The position numbers were made by a program, and so were the translations under genes. Source: Gemmatimonadota bacterium (lineage in GTDB: Bacteria > Gemmatimonadota > Gemmatimonadetes > JACCXV01 > JAHWKZ01). Taken from it: a stretch of 64,000 nucleotides of DNA. This document shows positions 32,660 through 41,509 of this stretch, in pieces. The first letter of the stretch is position 1; the number at the start of each line of letters is the position of its first letter. Location: contig DASTCA010000022.1 in the NCBI GenBank assembly GCA_035711625.1, positions 21,039-85,038 on the forward strand, read 5' to 3'. The notes under the pieces were generated by a model. It did no database searches. It had not been told where the DNA came from and saw only the letters and a list, made by a program, of their open reading frames with translations.

Positions 32660-35422
32660 ATGGCTCGCTGGACGCTCGCACTCGCCGCGCTCCTGCTCCT
32701 GGCGGGCTCCCTACGGGCCCAGACCGCGGAGCCGGCCCCGCCCGCCTCTGCGAATGGAGCCGGCGAGGTCCTTGCCCAGGCCACTCCGGCCGCCGGGACG
32801 GCCGACCACGAACGCCTCGCGCCGGTCGCGCAGGCGATCCGGCTGACCGGGCCGATCGACGTGGACGGCGAGCTGGACGAGCCGATCTGGCAGAGCGCGC
32901 CGGCCGTCACCCGGTTCTTCCAGCGCGAGCCGAACCAGGGCTCTCCGGCGACCCAGCCGACCGAGGTACGGTTCCTGTACGACGACGAGACCCTGTACAT
33001 CGGCGCCCGGATGTTCGATTCCCTCGGGGCGGACGGCGTCGTCGGACGGCTCGCGCGGCGGGACTCCGACCCCCCGGGGGACCGCCTCACGATCACGTTC
33101 GACACGTTCCTGGACCATCTCGGCCAGACCCAGTTCACCGTGAACCCGACCGAGACGCGGGTCGACGCGTACGGGCCCGGCGGGTCGAACCTGGACTTCT
33201 CGTGGAACCCGGTGTGGAACGCCGAGGCGGAGATCGATTCGCTCGGATGGACCGCGGAGCTGGCGATCCCGTTCGCCCAGCTGCGGTTCCCGCGCGGCGC
33301 GGAGCAGACGTGGGGGCTCCAGATCGAGCGCGAGGTGAGCCGCCTGAACGAGTTCCAGGTGTTCTCGTTCTGGACCCTCGACCAGCAGGGCGGGCCGTCC
33401 CGGTACGGCCATCTGACGGGTCTGGAGATCCCCAACGCGAGCCCCAACCGCCTCGAGCTGCTCCCATACGTTGTCGCGCAGCTCGAGACGAAGGCGGAGG
33501 TCGACGCGTTCGACCCGTTCGCGCAGGACCGCGAGCAGGACTACCGCGTGGGCGCGGACCTGAAGTACCTGCTGACGTCGAACCTGACGGTGTCCGCGAC
33601 CGTGAACCCGGATTTCGGCCAGGCCGAGGTCGACCCCGCGGTCGTGAACCTCACCGCATTCGAGACGTTCTTTCCCGAGAAGCGCGAGTTCTTCATCGAG
33701 GGGAGCGGGCTGTTCAGCTACGGCGGATTGTGGTGCTTCACGTGCAGCAACATCTCGTCGATGGATCTCCTGTTCACGCGTCGGATCGGCCGCACGCCGC
33801 AAGGCGGGAACCTGGCGTTCCAGGGGGCGGACTACGCGGACGTTCCCGACGCGACGACGATCCTCGGGGCCGCGAAGCTGACCGGGCGAACGCGGAGCGG
33901 AACGTCGCTCGGGATCCTGGGCGCGGTGACGGAGCGCGAGCTGGCGGCGACCGAGACCCTCGAGGGTGAGCGGTCGGAGGCGGAGGTCGAGCCCCTGACG
34001 GGATACCTCGCCGCGCGCGCGCAGCACGACCTGCGGAACGGGGACCTGCAGATCGGCGGCATCGTGACGTCCGTGACGCGGAGCTTCGACGATCCCGACC
34101 TCGAGGACCTGATTCCGAGCCACGCCGAGGCGTTCGGCGCCGACGCGGAGCTGTGGTGGGCCGACCACACCTATCACTACCTGGGGAACGCGGCGATCTC
34201 CAACGTCGCCGGCGATCCCGACGCGATGCGGCGCATCCAGGAATCCAGCGCGCGGTACTTTCAGCGGCCGGATCGGGAGCACGGATCGAACGGGCTGTTC
34301 ACCGACCGCTACGATCCCACGCTGGAGGCGATCCGCGGGTGGGCGATGTACCACCGGGTAGCCAAGGAGGCCGGCGCGTGGCGCTGGGAGAGCTCCCTGG
34401 CCGCGCGGAGCCCGGGATTCGAGATCAACGACCTGGGCTTCCAGACCCGCACGGACTGGTTGTGGCTGCACGGGAACATCCAGCGCCGGTGGACCGAGCC
34501 GACCAGCAAGTACCGGTACCTCCAGGTGAACGTCGGCGCCCAGAACCGCACCAACTGGGACGGTGACCTCGAGGAGCGGCAGCTCCACTTCAGCGTCTAT
34601 TCCGAGCTGCCCAACTATTGGGAGATCAGTCAGTTCAACCTCATCCGCCCGTCGGCATTCGACCCCCGCGCCACTCGCGGCGGACCTGTCGTCAAGTCGC
34701 CGGGGCACGGTTTCCACAGCCTGTACATGGCCACGGACTCGCGAAAGCGGTTCGTGGCGTCGCTCGAGCCGACCTACACGTGGATCGAGGAAGGATACCG
34801 GGAGTACGCGCTCTTCTTGAACTTCACGTTCAAGCCGGCCTCGAACATTTCATTGTCGCTCGGGCCGTACTTCGAGCACGGCGAATCTTCGGCGCAGTAC
34901 GTGACGACGGTCGCGGATGCGACCGCGGAGGTGTTCTACGGAAGCCGGTACGTGTTCTCCGATCTCGATCAGAACACGTTCTCGATGGACACGCGTCTCG
35001 ATTGGACGTTCACGCCGACGATGTCGCTGGAGCTCTTCCTGCAGCCCTTCTTCTCGAGCAACGACTTCTCGCGCTTCAAGGAATTCGCCGAGCCGCGGAC
35101 GCTGGACAAACTGGTCTATGGCGAGGACATGGGGACGATCGCTCTGAACGAGGGCGTCTATGCGGTCGATCCGGACGCCGCCGGCCCGGCCGCGACGTTC
35201 ACCTTTGACGACCCCAATTTCAGCTTCGCATCGTTGCGCGGAAACCTCGTCTATCGGTGGGAGTACGTCCCGGGGTCGACCCTGTTCGTCGTCTGGACGC
35301 AGGACCGCAACAACGAGCTCGCCGAAGGTGATTTCGATCTGGGACGCGACGTCGACGACCTGTTCGGTACCGGTTCCGACAACGTGTTCCTGGTCAAGCT
35401 CACGTACTGGCTGGGCATCTAG
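32660..35422 (+). CDS. DUF5916-family outer-membrane protein with N-terminal CBM9-like domain
   Basis: ATG at 32660 (MARWTLALAALLLLAGSLRAQ signal). GPIDVDGELDEPIWQSA...F.Q.EP resembles the CBM9-like module of DUF5916 proteins. The rest is beta-rich with a C-terminal aromatic residue (LTYWLGI). The track ORF adds 259 spurious N-terminal codons. Confidence 0.5.
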   Translation: MARWTLALAALLLLAGSLRAQTAEPAPPASANGAGEVLAQATPAAGTADHERLAPVAQAIRLTGPIDVDGELDEPIWQSAPAVTRFFQREPNQGSPATQPTEVRFLYDDETLYIGARMFDSLGADGVVGRLARRDSDPPGDRLTITFDTFLDHLGQTQFTVNPTETRVDAYGPGGSNLDFSWNPVWNAEAEIDSLGWTAELAIPFAQLRFPRGAEQTWGLQIEREVSRLNEFQVFSFWTLDQQGGPSRYGHLTGLEIPNASPNRLELLPYVVAQLETKAEVDAFDPFAQDREQDYRVGADLKYLLTSNLTVSATVNPDFGQAEVDPAVVNLTAFETFFPEKREFFIEGSGLFSYGGLWCFTCSNISSMDLLFTRRIGRTPQGGNLAFQGADYADVPDATTILGAAKLTGRTRSGTSLGILGAVTERELAATETLEGERSEAEVEPLTGYLAARAQHDLRNGDLQIGGIVTSVTRSFDDPDLEDLIPSHAEAFGADAELWWADHTYHYLGNAAISNVAGDPDAMRRIQESSARYFQRPDREHGSNGLFTDRYDPTLEAIRGWAMYHRVAKEAGAWRWESSLAARSPGFEINDLGFQTRTDWLWLHGNIQRRWTEPTSKYRYLQVNVGAQNRTNWDGDLEERQLHFSVYSELPNYWEISQFNLIRPSAFDPRATRGGPVVKSPGHGFHSLYMATDSRKRFVASLEPTYTWIEEGYREYALFLNFTFKPASNISLSLGPYFEHGESSAQYVTTVADATAEVFYGSRYVFSDLDQNTFSMDTRLDWTFTPTMSLELFLQPFFSSNDFSRFKEFAEPRTLDKLVYGEDMGTIALNEGVYAVDPDAAGPAATFTFDDPNFSFASLRGNLVYRWEYVPGSTLFVVWTQDRNNELAEGDFDLGRDVDDLFGTGSDNVFLVKLTYWLGI

Positions 35423-35447
35423 GGCGCGCGGGGCGCCCTTCGACTTT

Positions 35448-36356
35448 CTAGACGGCGAGGAGCGCAGAGGCGAGCGGCTCTCCGACCCGCAGCTCGCGAC
35501 CCGGGATCACGCGCGGGTCGAGGAGGACGCGGCCGGCCTCGAACAGGACGACGACGCTCGACCCCAGGTGGAACGCCATCAGCTCGTCGCCGGCGTCCAC
35601 CGCGAGCGGCGGATCGTAGCGGCGGGATCCCGCCGCCCGGCCGCGTCCCCGCGCCCCCGCGCGATTCGTGACCCCGCCGCGGGGGCCATTCCAGTCGGGA
35701 TCGAATACCGACTCGATTCGCCCCACGTTCGTGGCACCGACGGCCACGAGCGCCGCATGACCGAACGCGGCGTCCAACTCGCACACGATCCGCTCGTTCC
35801 TCGCGAACAGCCGGGGAATGCTCGCGACGGCGGGTCCGTTGACCGGGAGGAGCGCGCCGGGGACGTGGCGCGCCGCCGGCAGACGCGCCCGGCAGGGTGC
35901 GTGGATCCGATGATAGTGCCGGGGTGCGAGATAGAGCGTGATGAAGACCCCGCCCTCGAGCCGGGCGGCCAGCGCCTCGTCCGCGAGCAGTTCGTCAGCG
36001 CCGTAGTCGAGTCCTTTGGCCTGGATCAACCGCCCGCTCCCGATCTCGCCGATCTCCCCGACGACGCCGTCGACCGGCGAGCCCGCGCCCGCGGGGTCGG
36101 CGCGCCACGGCCGCGTTCCCGCCCGTAGCCGGCGCACGAAGAACGCGTCGAGCGTGCGGTATTCCTCGAGCGGACGCTCCGCCTCGTCGAGATCGGCTCC
36201 CACAGCCTTCGCGAACGCCTTCAGGACCCGGCCCCGCATCGGGGACGGGATCGGGATGTCGGCGAGGCGTCCCGCGAGACGCGAGATCGCCGCCTGCGGC
36301 AGGCGCTCGAGCGCGACGATCGCGCCGCGCCAGACGGCGGCTCGTGGACCCGGCAT
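35448..36356 (-). CDS. psd: phosphatidylserine decarboxylase proenzyme
   Basis: Conserved FHLGSSVVVLFE (the LGST autocleavage motif with S for T) and the LAPRHYHRIHAP block. Confidence 0.75.
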   Translation of the reverse strand: MPGPRAAVWRGAIVALERLPQAAISRLAGRLADIPIPSPMRGRVLKAFAKAVGADLDEAERPLEEYRTLDAFFVRRLRAGTRPWRADPAGAGSPVDGVVGEIGEIGSGRLIQAKGLDYGADELLADEALAARLEGGVFITLYLAPRHYHRIHAPCRARLPAARHVPGALLPVNGPAVASIPRLFARNERIVCELDAAFGHAALVAVGATNVGRIESVFDPDWNGPRGGVTNRAGARGRGRAAGSRRYDPPLAVDAGDELMAFHLGSSVVVLFEAGRVLLDPRVIPGRELRVGEPLASALLAV

Positions 36357-36416
36357 CGAGACGGTATCTTAGCCCCGACCGTCCGGACCGCCACCGTCTC
36401 CCACACGAGGATCCCC

Positions 36417-36875
36417 GTGACGCGACGTCTCCTTCTCGCCGCCTGCGCGATCGCGCTGCTCGCCGCCGGATCTCCGCCCGACCTCCGCGGGCAGGAGCCT
36501 GAGGATCCCGACGAGGCTCAGGTGCGCGACGTGGTGCAGGGCTTCAAGGCCGCGCTCGCCGCCGGCGATTCGACGGCCGCGCTCGGGTTCCTGCACCGCG
36601 ACCTCGTGGTCTACGAAGCGGGCCGCGCGGAATCGCTCGCCGAGTACCGCGCCGGCCACCTGGCGGCGGACATGGAATTCGCCGCCGCGGTCACGACGAC
36701 GCCGGTCCAGCAGGGCGTGATCGTGCGCGACGACATGGCAATGTGGGTGAGCGAGGGCGATTCGAAGGGAACGTTCCGCGGCCGCGCGATCGACTCCCAC
36801 GGCACGGAGACGATCGTCCTCGTCGCCACCGAAGCGGGCTGGAAGATCCTGCACGTGCACTGGTCGAGCCGCTGA
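36417..36875 (+). CDS. secreted SnoaL-like/NTF2-fold protein (DUF4440-like)
   Basis: GTG at 36417. Signal peptide. Length and pattern of NTF2-like proteins (...KILHVHWS). Confidence 0.4.
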   Translation: MTRRLLLAACAIALLAAGSPPDLRGQEPEDPDEAQVRDVVQGFKAALAAGDSTAALGFLHRDLVVYEAGRAESLAEYRAGHLAADMEFAAAVTTTPVQQGVIVRDDMAMWVSEGDSKGTFRGRAIDSHGTETIVLVATEAGWKILHVHWSSR

Positions 36876-36899
36876 CGGAGCCGGCGCGCGAGTACGCTG

Positions 36900-39485
36900 C
36901 TAGCCGCGCGGCGCCATCCCGAGGGCGGCGAGTCGCTGGCGCACCTCGGCCACGCGCGGCGCGTACTCCGGATCCGCATCCGCCCACGCGATGAGGGCGA
37001 GCTCGTATGCCCGCCGCGCGTCGTCCCGGCGTCCCGCCTCCTCATAGGCCCGCCCCAGCGCGGACAGCCCGACCGGTCCGAACGAGCTCCCCAGGGACTC
37101 CAGGTAGCGGATCGCGTCCTCGTGCCGGCCGGTCTCGCTGGCGATCCCCGCCAGCCACCACCGGATCCAGCGGTTGATCACCGGCCCCGCGACCTGCACC
37201 CGGGCCTCGTCGAGCGCGGCGCGCGCCCGCTCCGGATCGCCGCGTCGCCAGGCGGCGTACCCTTCCAGCGCGTCCGCCACGGCCCCTAGGCTCCGCGCCC
37301 GCAGCGAGTCGCCTTCCGCGGCGCGCGCGCGAGAGGCCTCCCGGAAGGTCTGCACCCCGCGCCGGAACTCCTCGTCGCGCCCGGCGTCGTGACTCCAGGC
37401 CGCGATCGAGAACGTCGCGAGATCGGGTCGCGGCTCCTCGGGCAGGACGAGGATGCCGCCGAACTCGTCCTCCTCGATCGGCAGCCCGTTGATCCACGCC
37501 ACCGCCGCCATGGAGACGCGATCGCCCGGCAGCACGGCCGGGTCGTCCAGCAGCTCGCGGCAGGCGGCGACCTTGCCGGTCAGGGTCTGGTTCAGGAACA
37601 GCTGGAACAGCGCCTGGCTCCGCTCCTCGTCATCGATGTCGCGCGCGAGGAGCGCGCGGATCGCCGTCTCCTGTCCGCGCAGGTGAAACGGCGTGTTCAG
37701 CGTCCCCACGACCTTGCATTGGAAGCAGCTCACGTTCAGGGTGTCGAGCGCCGCCATCGCCCGCTCGCGGACGTCGGGCGACCCGAACGCGAGCGCGAAG
37801 TCGATCCCGAAGACGACGTCGTCCTCGGACCCCGCGGCGTGCTCGCGGAACCGGGCCAGCAGATCGGCCACCTGCGCGCTGTCCCCCTCGAGGAACGCGA
37901 GGTCGATCGGGTGCAGGTAGGCGGGCGTGAAGCGGGGATCCAGATCGATCGCGCGGAAGAACGCGCGTGTGGACTCCTCCTCCGGGATCAGGTGGCGGCT
38001 GCCGTCGTGATAGAGGACTTCGCCGAGGTGGTTCCACGCGTCGACATCGTCCGGGTAGCGATCCACCAGATCGCGCGCGAACTCGATCGTCTCGGGCGAG
38101 CCCTGGAACCACAGGTCCTCGCCCTCGATGAGCCTCCGCTCGCGCTCGGGCAGCCTGTCCGCGTGCCGGCGCGCGGCCTCGGCCTCGAGGTTCGGAAGGT
38201 CGCCGAACTGGGTCTCCGACCACCAGCTGTACGTCTGGCTAAGCCGCAGGTGGGCGAGCGCGAAGGTGCTGTCGGCCTCGACGGCGGCCTTGTAGGCGAC
38301 GACCGCGTTCGGCCAGTCCGAGCGGCGGAAGTGGCCTTCCCCCTCGAGATACGACTTGAGCGCAGGGATCGAGGCGGTCGTGACGCGGCTCAGGTTCAGC
38401 GCGGGAAGCCCACCCTCGCCTTCCTCCAGCAATGCGCTCAGGAGGTCGATGGAGAGCCGATCGACGAGCACGAACAGGCTGTCGGGGGACCCCTCCGCCT
38501 GCGCATGGCCGACGGACTCGCCGCGGGCGACGTCGTACAGGTCGGCGGTCAATCGCATCCCCGGACCGATCGTCACTATGTCTCCTGCGACCGCGTAGCG
38601 GGCCCCCGTCTTTCCCGCAACATCCAGCAGCGTGGCGAGGTCCGCGCGCCGGCCCTCGGGGACGGACTCCGACCAGCGCGCGAGCACCGTCCGGTTGTCG
38701 ATCGCGCGGAAGCCGCCCGCGCCGTCCAGGTTCGTCGCCAGCAGGTCGACCATCCCCTCGCGCCACTGGTCGAGGGCGGGATCGTTCACCGTGAACGGAA
38801 GCACCGCGATCCCCGGCGCTGCGCTCTCCGCGATCGCCGGGCCGGGCGAGATGCGCCGCATTCCCCAACGCCCGCCGACGACGAGAACGACGACCAGGCC
38901 GATCAGGGCGAGGACACCGACGGCGAGAACCCCCACCTGGCGCGTGCTCATCTCCGGGATCCAGCGGCCCGTGCGGAACCCGGGCCCCGGCGGCAGCTCG
39001 GAGAGCGCGTAGAGCCGCCACATTCCGGGCACTCCCTTGAGCTCCCGCTCGCCCCGGTCCTCGAACTTGAATCCCGCCCCGACCAGGAGCTCCCGCACCG
39101 TGCTCGAGACCAGGATCTCGCCCGGAGCCGCGGCGGCCGCCACGCGCGCGCCGATGTGGACGCCGAGTCCACCCAGGTCGCGCCCCTTGCCGTCGACCTC
39201 GCCGGCGTGCACCCCGCTCCGGATCTCGAGACCCAGGTCCTTCATCGCGTCCCGGATGGCGTCCGCGCAGCGGATCGCGGTGGCGGGGCGGTCGAAGACG
39301 GCCATGAAGCCGTCGCCGGCCGTGTTCGCTTCGCGACCGCCGAACCGGCGCAGCTCGCGCCGGACGCGCACGTGATGCGCCGCTAACAGCTTTCGCCACT
39401 CGTGATCGCCGAGGTCGGCCGCGCGCCGAGTCGAGTCGACGATGTCGGTGAACAGGATCGCGGTGAGAGAGCGGCGGGGCTGCAT
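36900..39485 (-). CDS. membrane-anchored class III cyclase-homology protein with periplasmic TolB-like and TPR region
   Basis: ATG at 39485 (MQPRRSLTAILFTDIVDST). CHD with FTDIVDST and TAGDGFMAV, but His replaces the transition-state Asn (GVHIGARV). One TM helix (VGVLAVGVLALIGLVVVLVV), then a long periplasmic TPR-containing region. Starts 4 nt after the MCO stop. The track ORF adds 57 N-terminal codons. Confidence 0.7.
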   Translation of the reverse strand: MQPRRSLTAILFTDIVDSTRRAADLGDHEWRKLLAAHHVRVRRELRRFGGREANTAGDGFMAVFDRPATAIRCADAIRDAMKDLGLEIRSGVHAGEVDGKGRDLGGLGVHIGARVAAAAAPGEILVSSTVRELLVGAGFKFEDRGERELKGVPGMWRLYALSELPPGPGFRTGRWIPEMSTRQVGVLAVGVLALIGLVVVLVVGGRWGMRRISPGPAIAESAAPGIAVLPFTVNDPALDQWREGMVDLLATNLDGAGGFRAIDNRTVLARWSESVPEGRRADLATLLDVAGKTGARYAVAGDIVTIGPGMRLTADLYDVARGESVGHAQAEGSPDSLFVLVDRLSIDLLSALLEEGEGGLPALNLSRVTTASIPALKSYLEGEGHFRRSDWPNAVVAYKAAVEADSTFALAHLRLSQTYSWWSETQFGDLPNLEAEAARRHADRLPERERRLIEGEDLWFQGSPETIEFARDLVDRYPDDVDAWNHLGEVLYHDGSRHLIPEEESTRAFFRAIDLDPRFTPAYLHPIDLAFLEGDSAQVADLLARFREHAAGSEDDVVFGIDFALAFGSPDVRERAMAALDTLNVSCFQCKVVGTLNTPFHLRGQETAIRALLARDIDDEERSQALFQLFLNQTLTGKVAACRELLDDPAVLPGDRVSMAAVAWINGLPIEEDEFGGILVLPEEPRPDLATFSIAAWSHDAGRDEEFRRGVQTFREASRARAAEGDSLRARSLGAVADALEGYAAWRRGDPERARAALDEARVQVAGPVINRWIRWWLAGIASETGRHEDAIRYLESLGSSFGPVGLSALGRAYEEAGRRDDARRAYELALIAWADADPEYAPRVAEVRQRLAALGMAPRG

Positions 39486-39489
39486 CGGC

Positions 39490-41478
39490 TTACGGGCTGG
39501 CGGAGGCTGTTTCGGCGACCACGTCGATTTTCTGCTCGACGAACCGCTCGCCGACGAACGATCGTGCCTCGAGGCGGTACTCGCCGGGCTCGGTGGGGCG
39601 GAACTCGAAGTCCATCGTCTCACCCACGCTGACGACCCGATCGGCGAGATCGACACGCCGCTGGGAGCGGGGAAGATCGGCCCCGTCCTTGGCGACCGCG
39701 CGCCAGAATACCGGGAAGCCGTCCCGGACGAGCCGGATCCGCGCCTGCGCGTTGAACAGCGTGATGTTCATGAAGCGGAAGCGGTACGTCGTGCCGGCTC
39801 GGAGCGTGATCGGGTCGGGAGCCAGGGAGCCGTTCAGGAGCGGGGACATGTCGGGATCCGAGCCCGTGCTCAAGAGGACCACGCGGTCGGTTTCTGGATT
39901 CCATTCCGCGCCCGCGGGCAGGACGACGAAGCCACCGTACAAGCCTGCGCTCTGCTGTCGGATGTCGTTGAAGTGGGTGTGATACATGTAGCTCCCCGCG
40001 CGCGGAGGCGTGATCCGCATTTCGAACGAGTCGCCCGGCATGATGGCGGGCGTCGTCGCGCCCTGGTAGCCGCCGATCCCGACCACGCCGTCGAAATAGC
40101 TGTCGATCTCGAGTCCGTGCCAATGGACCTGTGTGGGCTCGTCCAACCGGTTGATCACCTTCACGCCGGTCGGCTCCCCGACCCAGGTCACCAGTGTCGG
40201 CCCGGGCCATGCCACGGGCCCCGGTGGCGGCTCGCCGTTCTCTCCCCCGAGCGCGAACCCGAAGCGGCGACGCTCCCCCGGAAGCGAATCGCTCTCGACG
40301 AAGAGCCGAAGCCGAAGCCGCGGCTCGACGGCGTGCGAGTACCCCGCGGGCGCTCGCACCGTGACCCCGATCAACAAGCCGCCCATCCCGTCGACGACGT
40401 GATGGTGGGGATCTTCGGAATGGACGCCGTGGAGGAGAGCGTCGTCGCGCGCGGCCCCGTCGGCGTAATCCCCCGGGAGGGCATTGGGGACGACGTGATA
40501 GCTGATGTGACAGGGGAACGGCCATCCGCCGGGGCGGTCCGCGTGCCACGAGATGTCGGCCGTCTGCCCGATCCCGACGAGGTGCGTGGCGTTCAGGCGA
40601 CGCTCTCCCGGCCAGAGGCGGTTCGCGCGCTGGATGTCGCCCAGGGCGTCGACGCCGAAGAAGAAGCCGTGCAGATGCATCGGATGAACGCGGTCGGTCA
40701 GATTGATGATCCGCCAGCGGACGGAATCCCCGAGCTCGTACTCGAGCCGCTCCGTCAGCGGCCACGGCCGGCCGTTGATCGCCATCGTCTCGGTCTGCCA
40801 GTCGAGCTCCTCGCCCGCCGGCGGACGCTCGAACCAGACCGACATGATCATGATCTCGTCGTGAGTGGGAGGCGTCCCCGCCGGGTCCACGATCAGCGCG
40901 CCGCCGAGCTGGCTGTCTTCGAACAGCCGGGAGTCGGGGGCCTCGAAGACGAGCCGGGACCCGGTCGTCGTCCCCCAGTAGAAGTACGTGCCTTCGACGT
41001 CGGCCACGAAGCGCGTCTCACGCTCTTCGCCGGCCGGCACGACGAGCGAATCCATATCGGCGACGCGGCGGGCCGCGAGGCCGTAGACGACGAGCGGGAC
41101 GTTGAGCGGATTGGCGATCGTGACCCGGATCTCGGTGCCGAGCGGGACGCGGATCAGCGGGCCGGGATTCTCGGGGTCCCGCCCGATCTCGCGGAAGGCG
41201 AGAACCTCGACGCCGGGACGGTCGTCTCCTAGGTAGCGCCATTCCCCTCGGACGACCTCCATGCGGAGCGTGAGGACCCTCTCCGAGAGCGCTCCCGCCG
41301 GGCGATCGTTGTCGTTCCAGCGAATCCGGGGGAGATCATCGCGTGCGAAGCCTGCCGGGAAACTGAGGAAAACCAGGGCGAGGACGGCGAAGGCCTGAGC
41401 GCACGAACGCGGGCGAAGCACGGGCGGCGCAGCTCCTTTTTTTGTCGGGGAGGAGACGGAGAATGGTACGCTCGCCAC
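39490..41478 (-). CDS. multicopper oxidase family protein
   Basis: Signal peptide. Copper-ligand motifs HPMHLHG, CHISYH, HWHG, YHTH, in an order that differs from the canonical 3-domain laccase/CueO arrangement. Confidence 0.7.
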   Translation of the reverse strand: MASVPFSVSSPTKKGAAPPVLRPRSCAQAFAVLALVFLSFPAGFARDDLPRIRWNDNDRPAGALSERVLTLRMEVVRGEWRYLGDDRPGVEVLAFREIGRDPENPGPLIRVPLGTEIRVTIANPLNVPLVVYGLAARRVADMDSLVVPAGEERETRFVADVEGTYFYWGTTTGSRLVFEAPDSRLFEDSQLGGALIVDPAGTPPTHDEIMIMSVWFERPPAGEELDWQTETMAINGRPWPLTERLEYELGDSVRWRIINLTDRVHPMHLHGFFFGVDALGDIQRANRLWPGERRLNATHLVGIGQTADISWHADRPGGWPFPCHISYHVVPNALPGDYADGAARDDALLHGVHSEDPHHHVVDGMGGLLIGVTVRAPAGYSHAVEPRLRLRLFVESDSLPGERRRFGFALGGENGEPPPGPVAWPGPTLVTWVGEPTGVKVINRLDEPTQVHWHGLEIDSYFDGVVGIGGYQGATTPAIMPGDSFEMRITPPRAGSYMYHTHFNDIRQQSAGLYGGFVVLPAGAEWNPETDRVVLLSTGSDPDMSPLLNGSLAPDPITLRAGTTYRFRFMNITLFNAQARIRLVRDGFPVFWRAVAKDGADLPRSQRRVDLADRVVSVGETMDFEFRPTEPGEYRLEARSFVGERFVEQKIDVVAETASASP

Positions 41479-41509
41479 AGCCTCAGGTGCAAGGGCGACG
41501 GCCCGGGCA

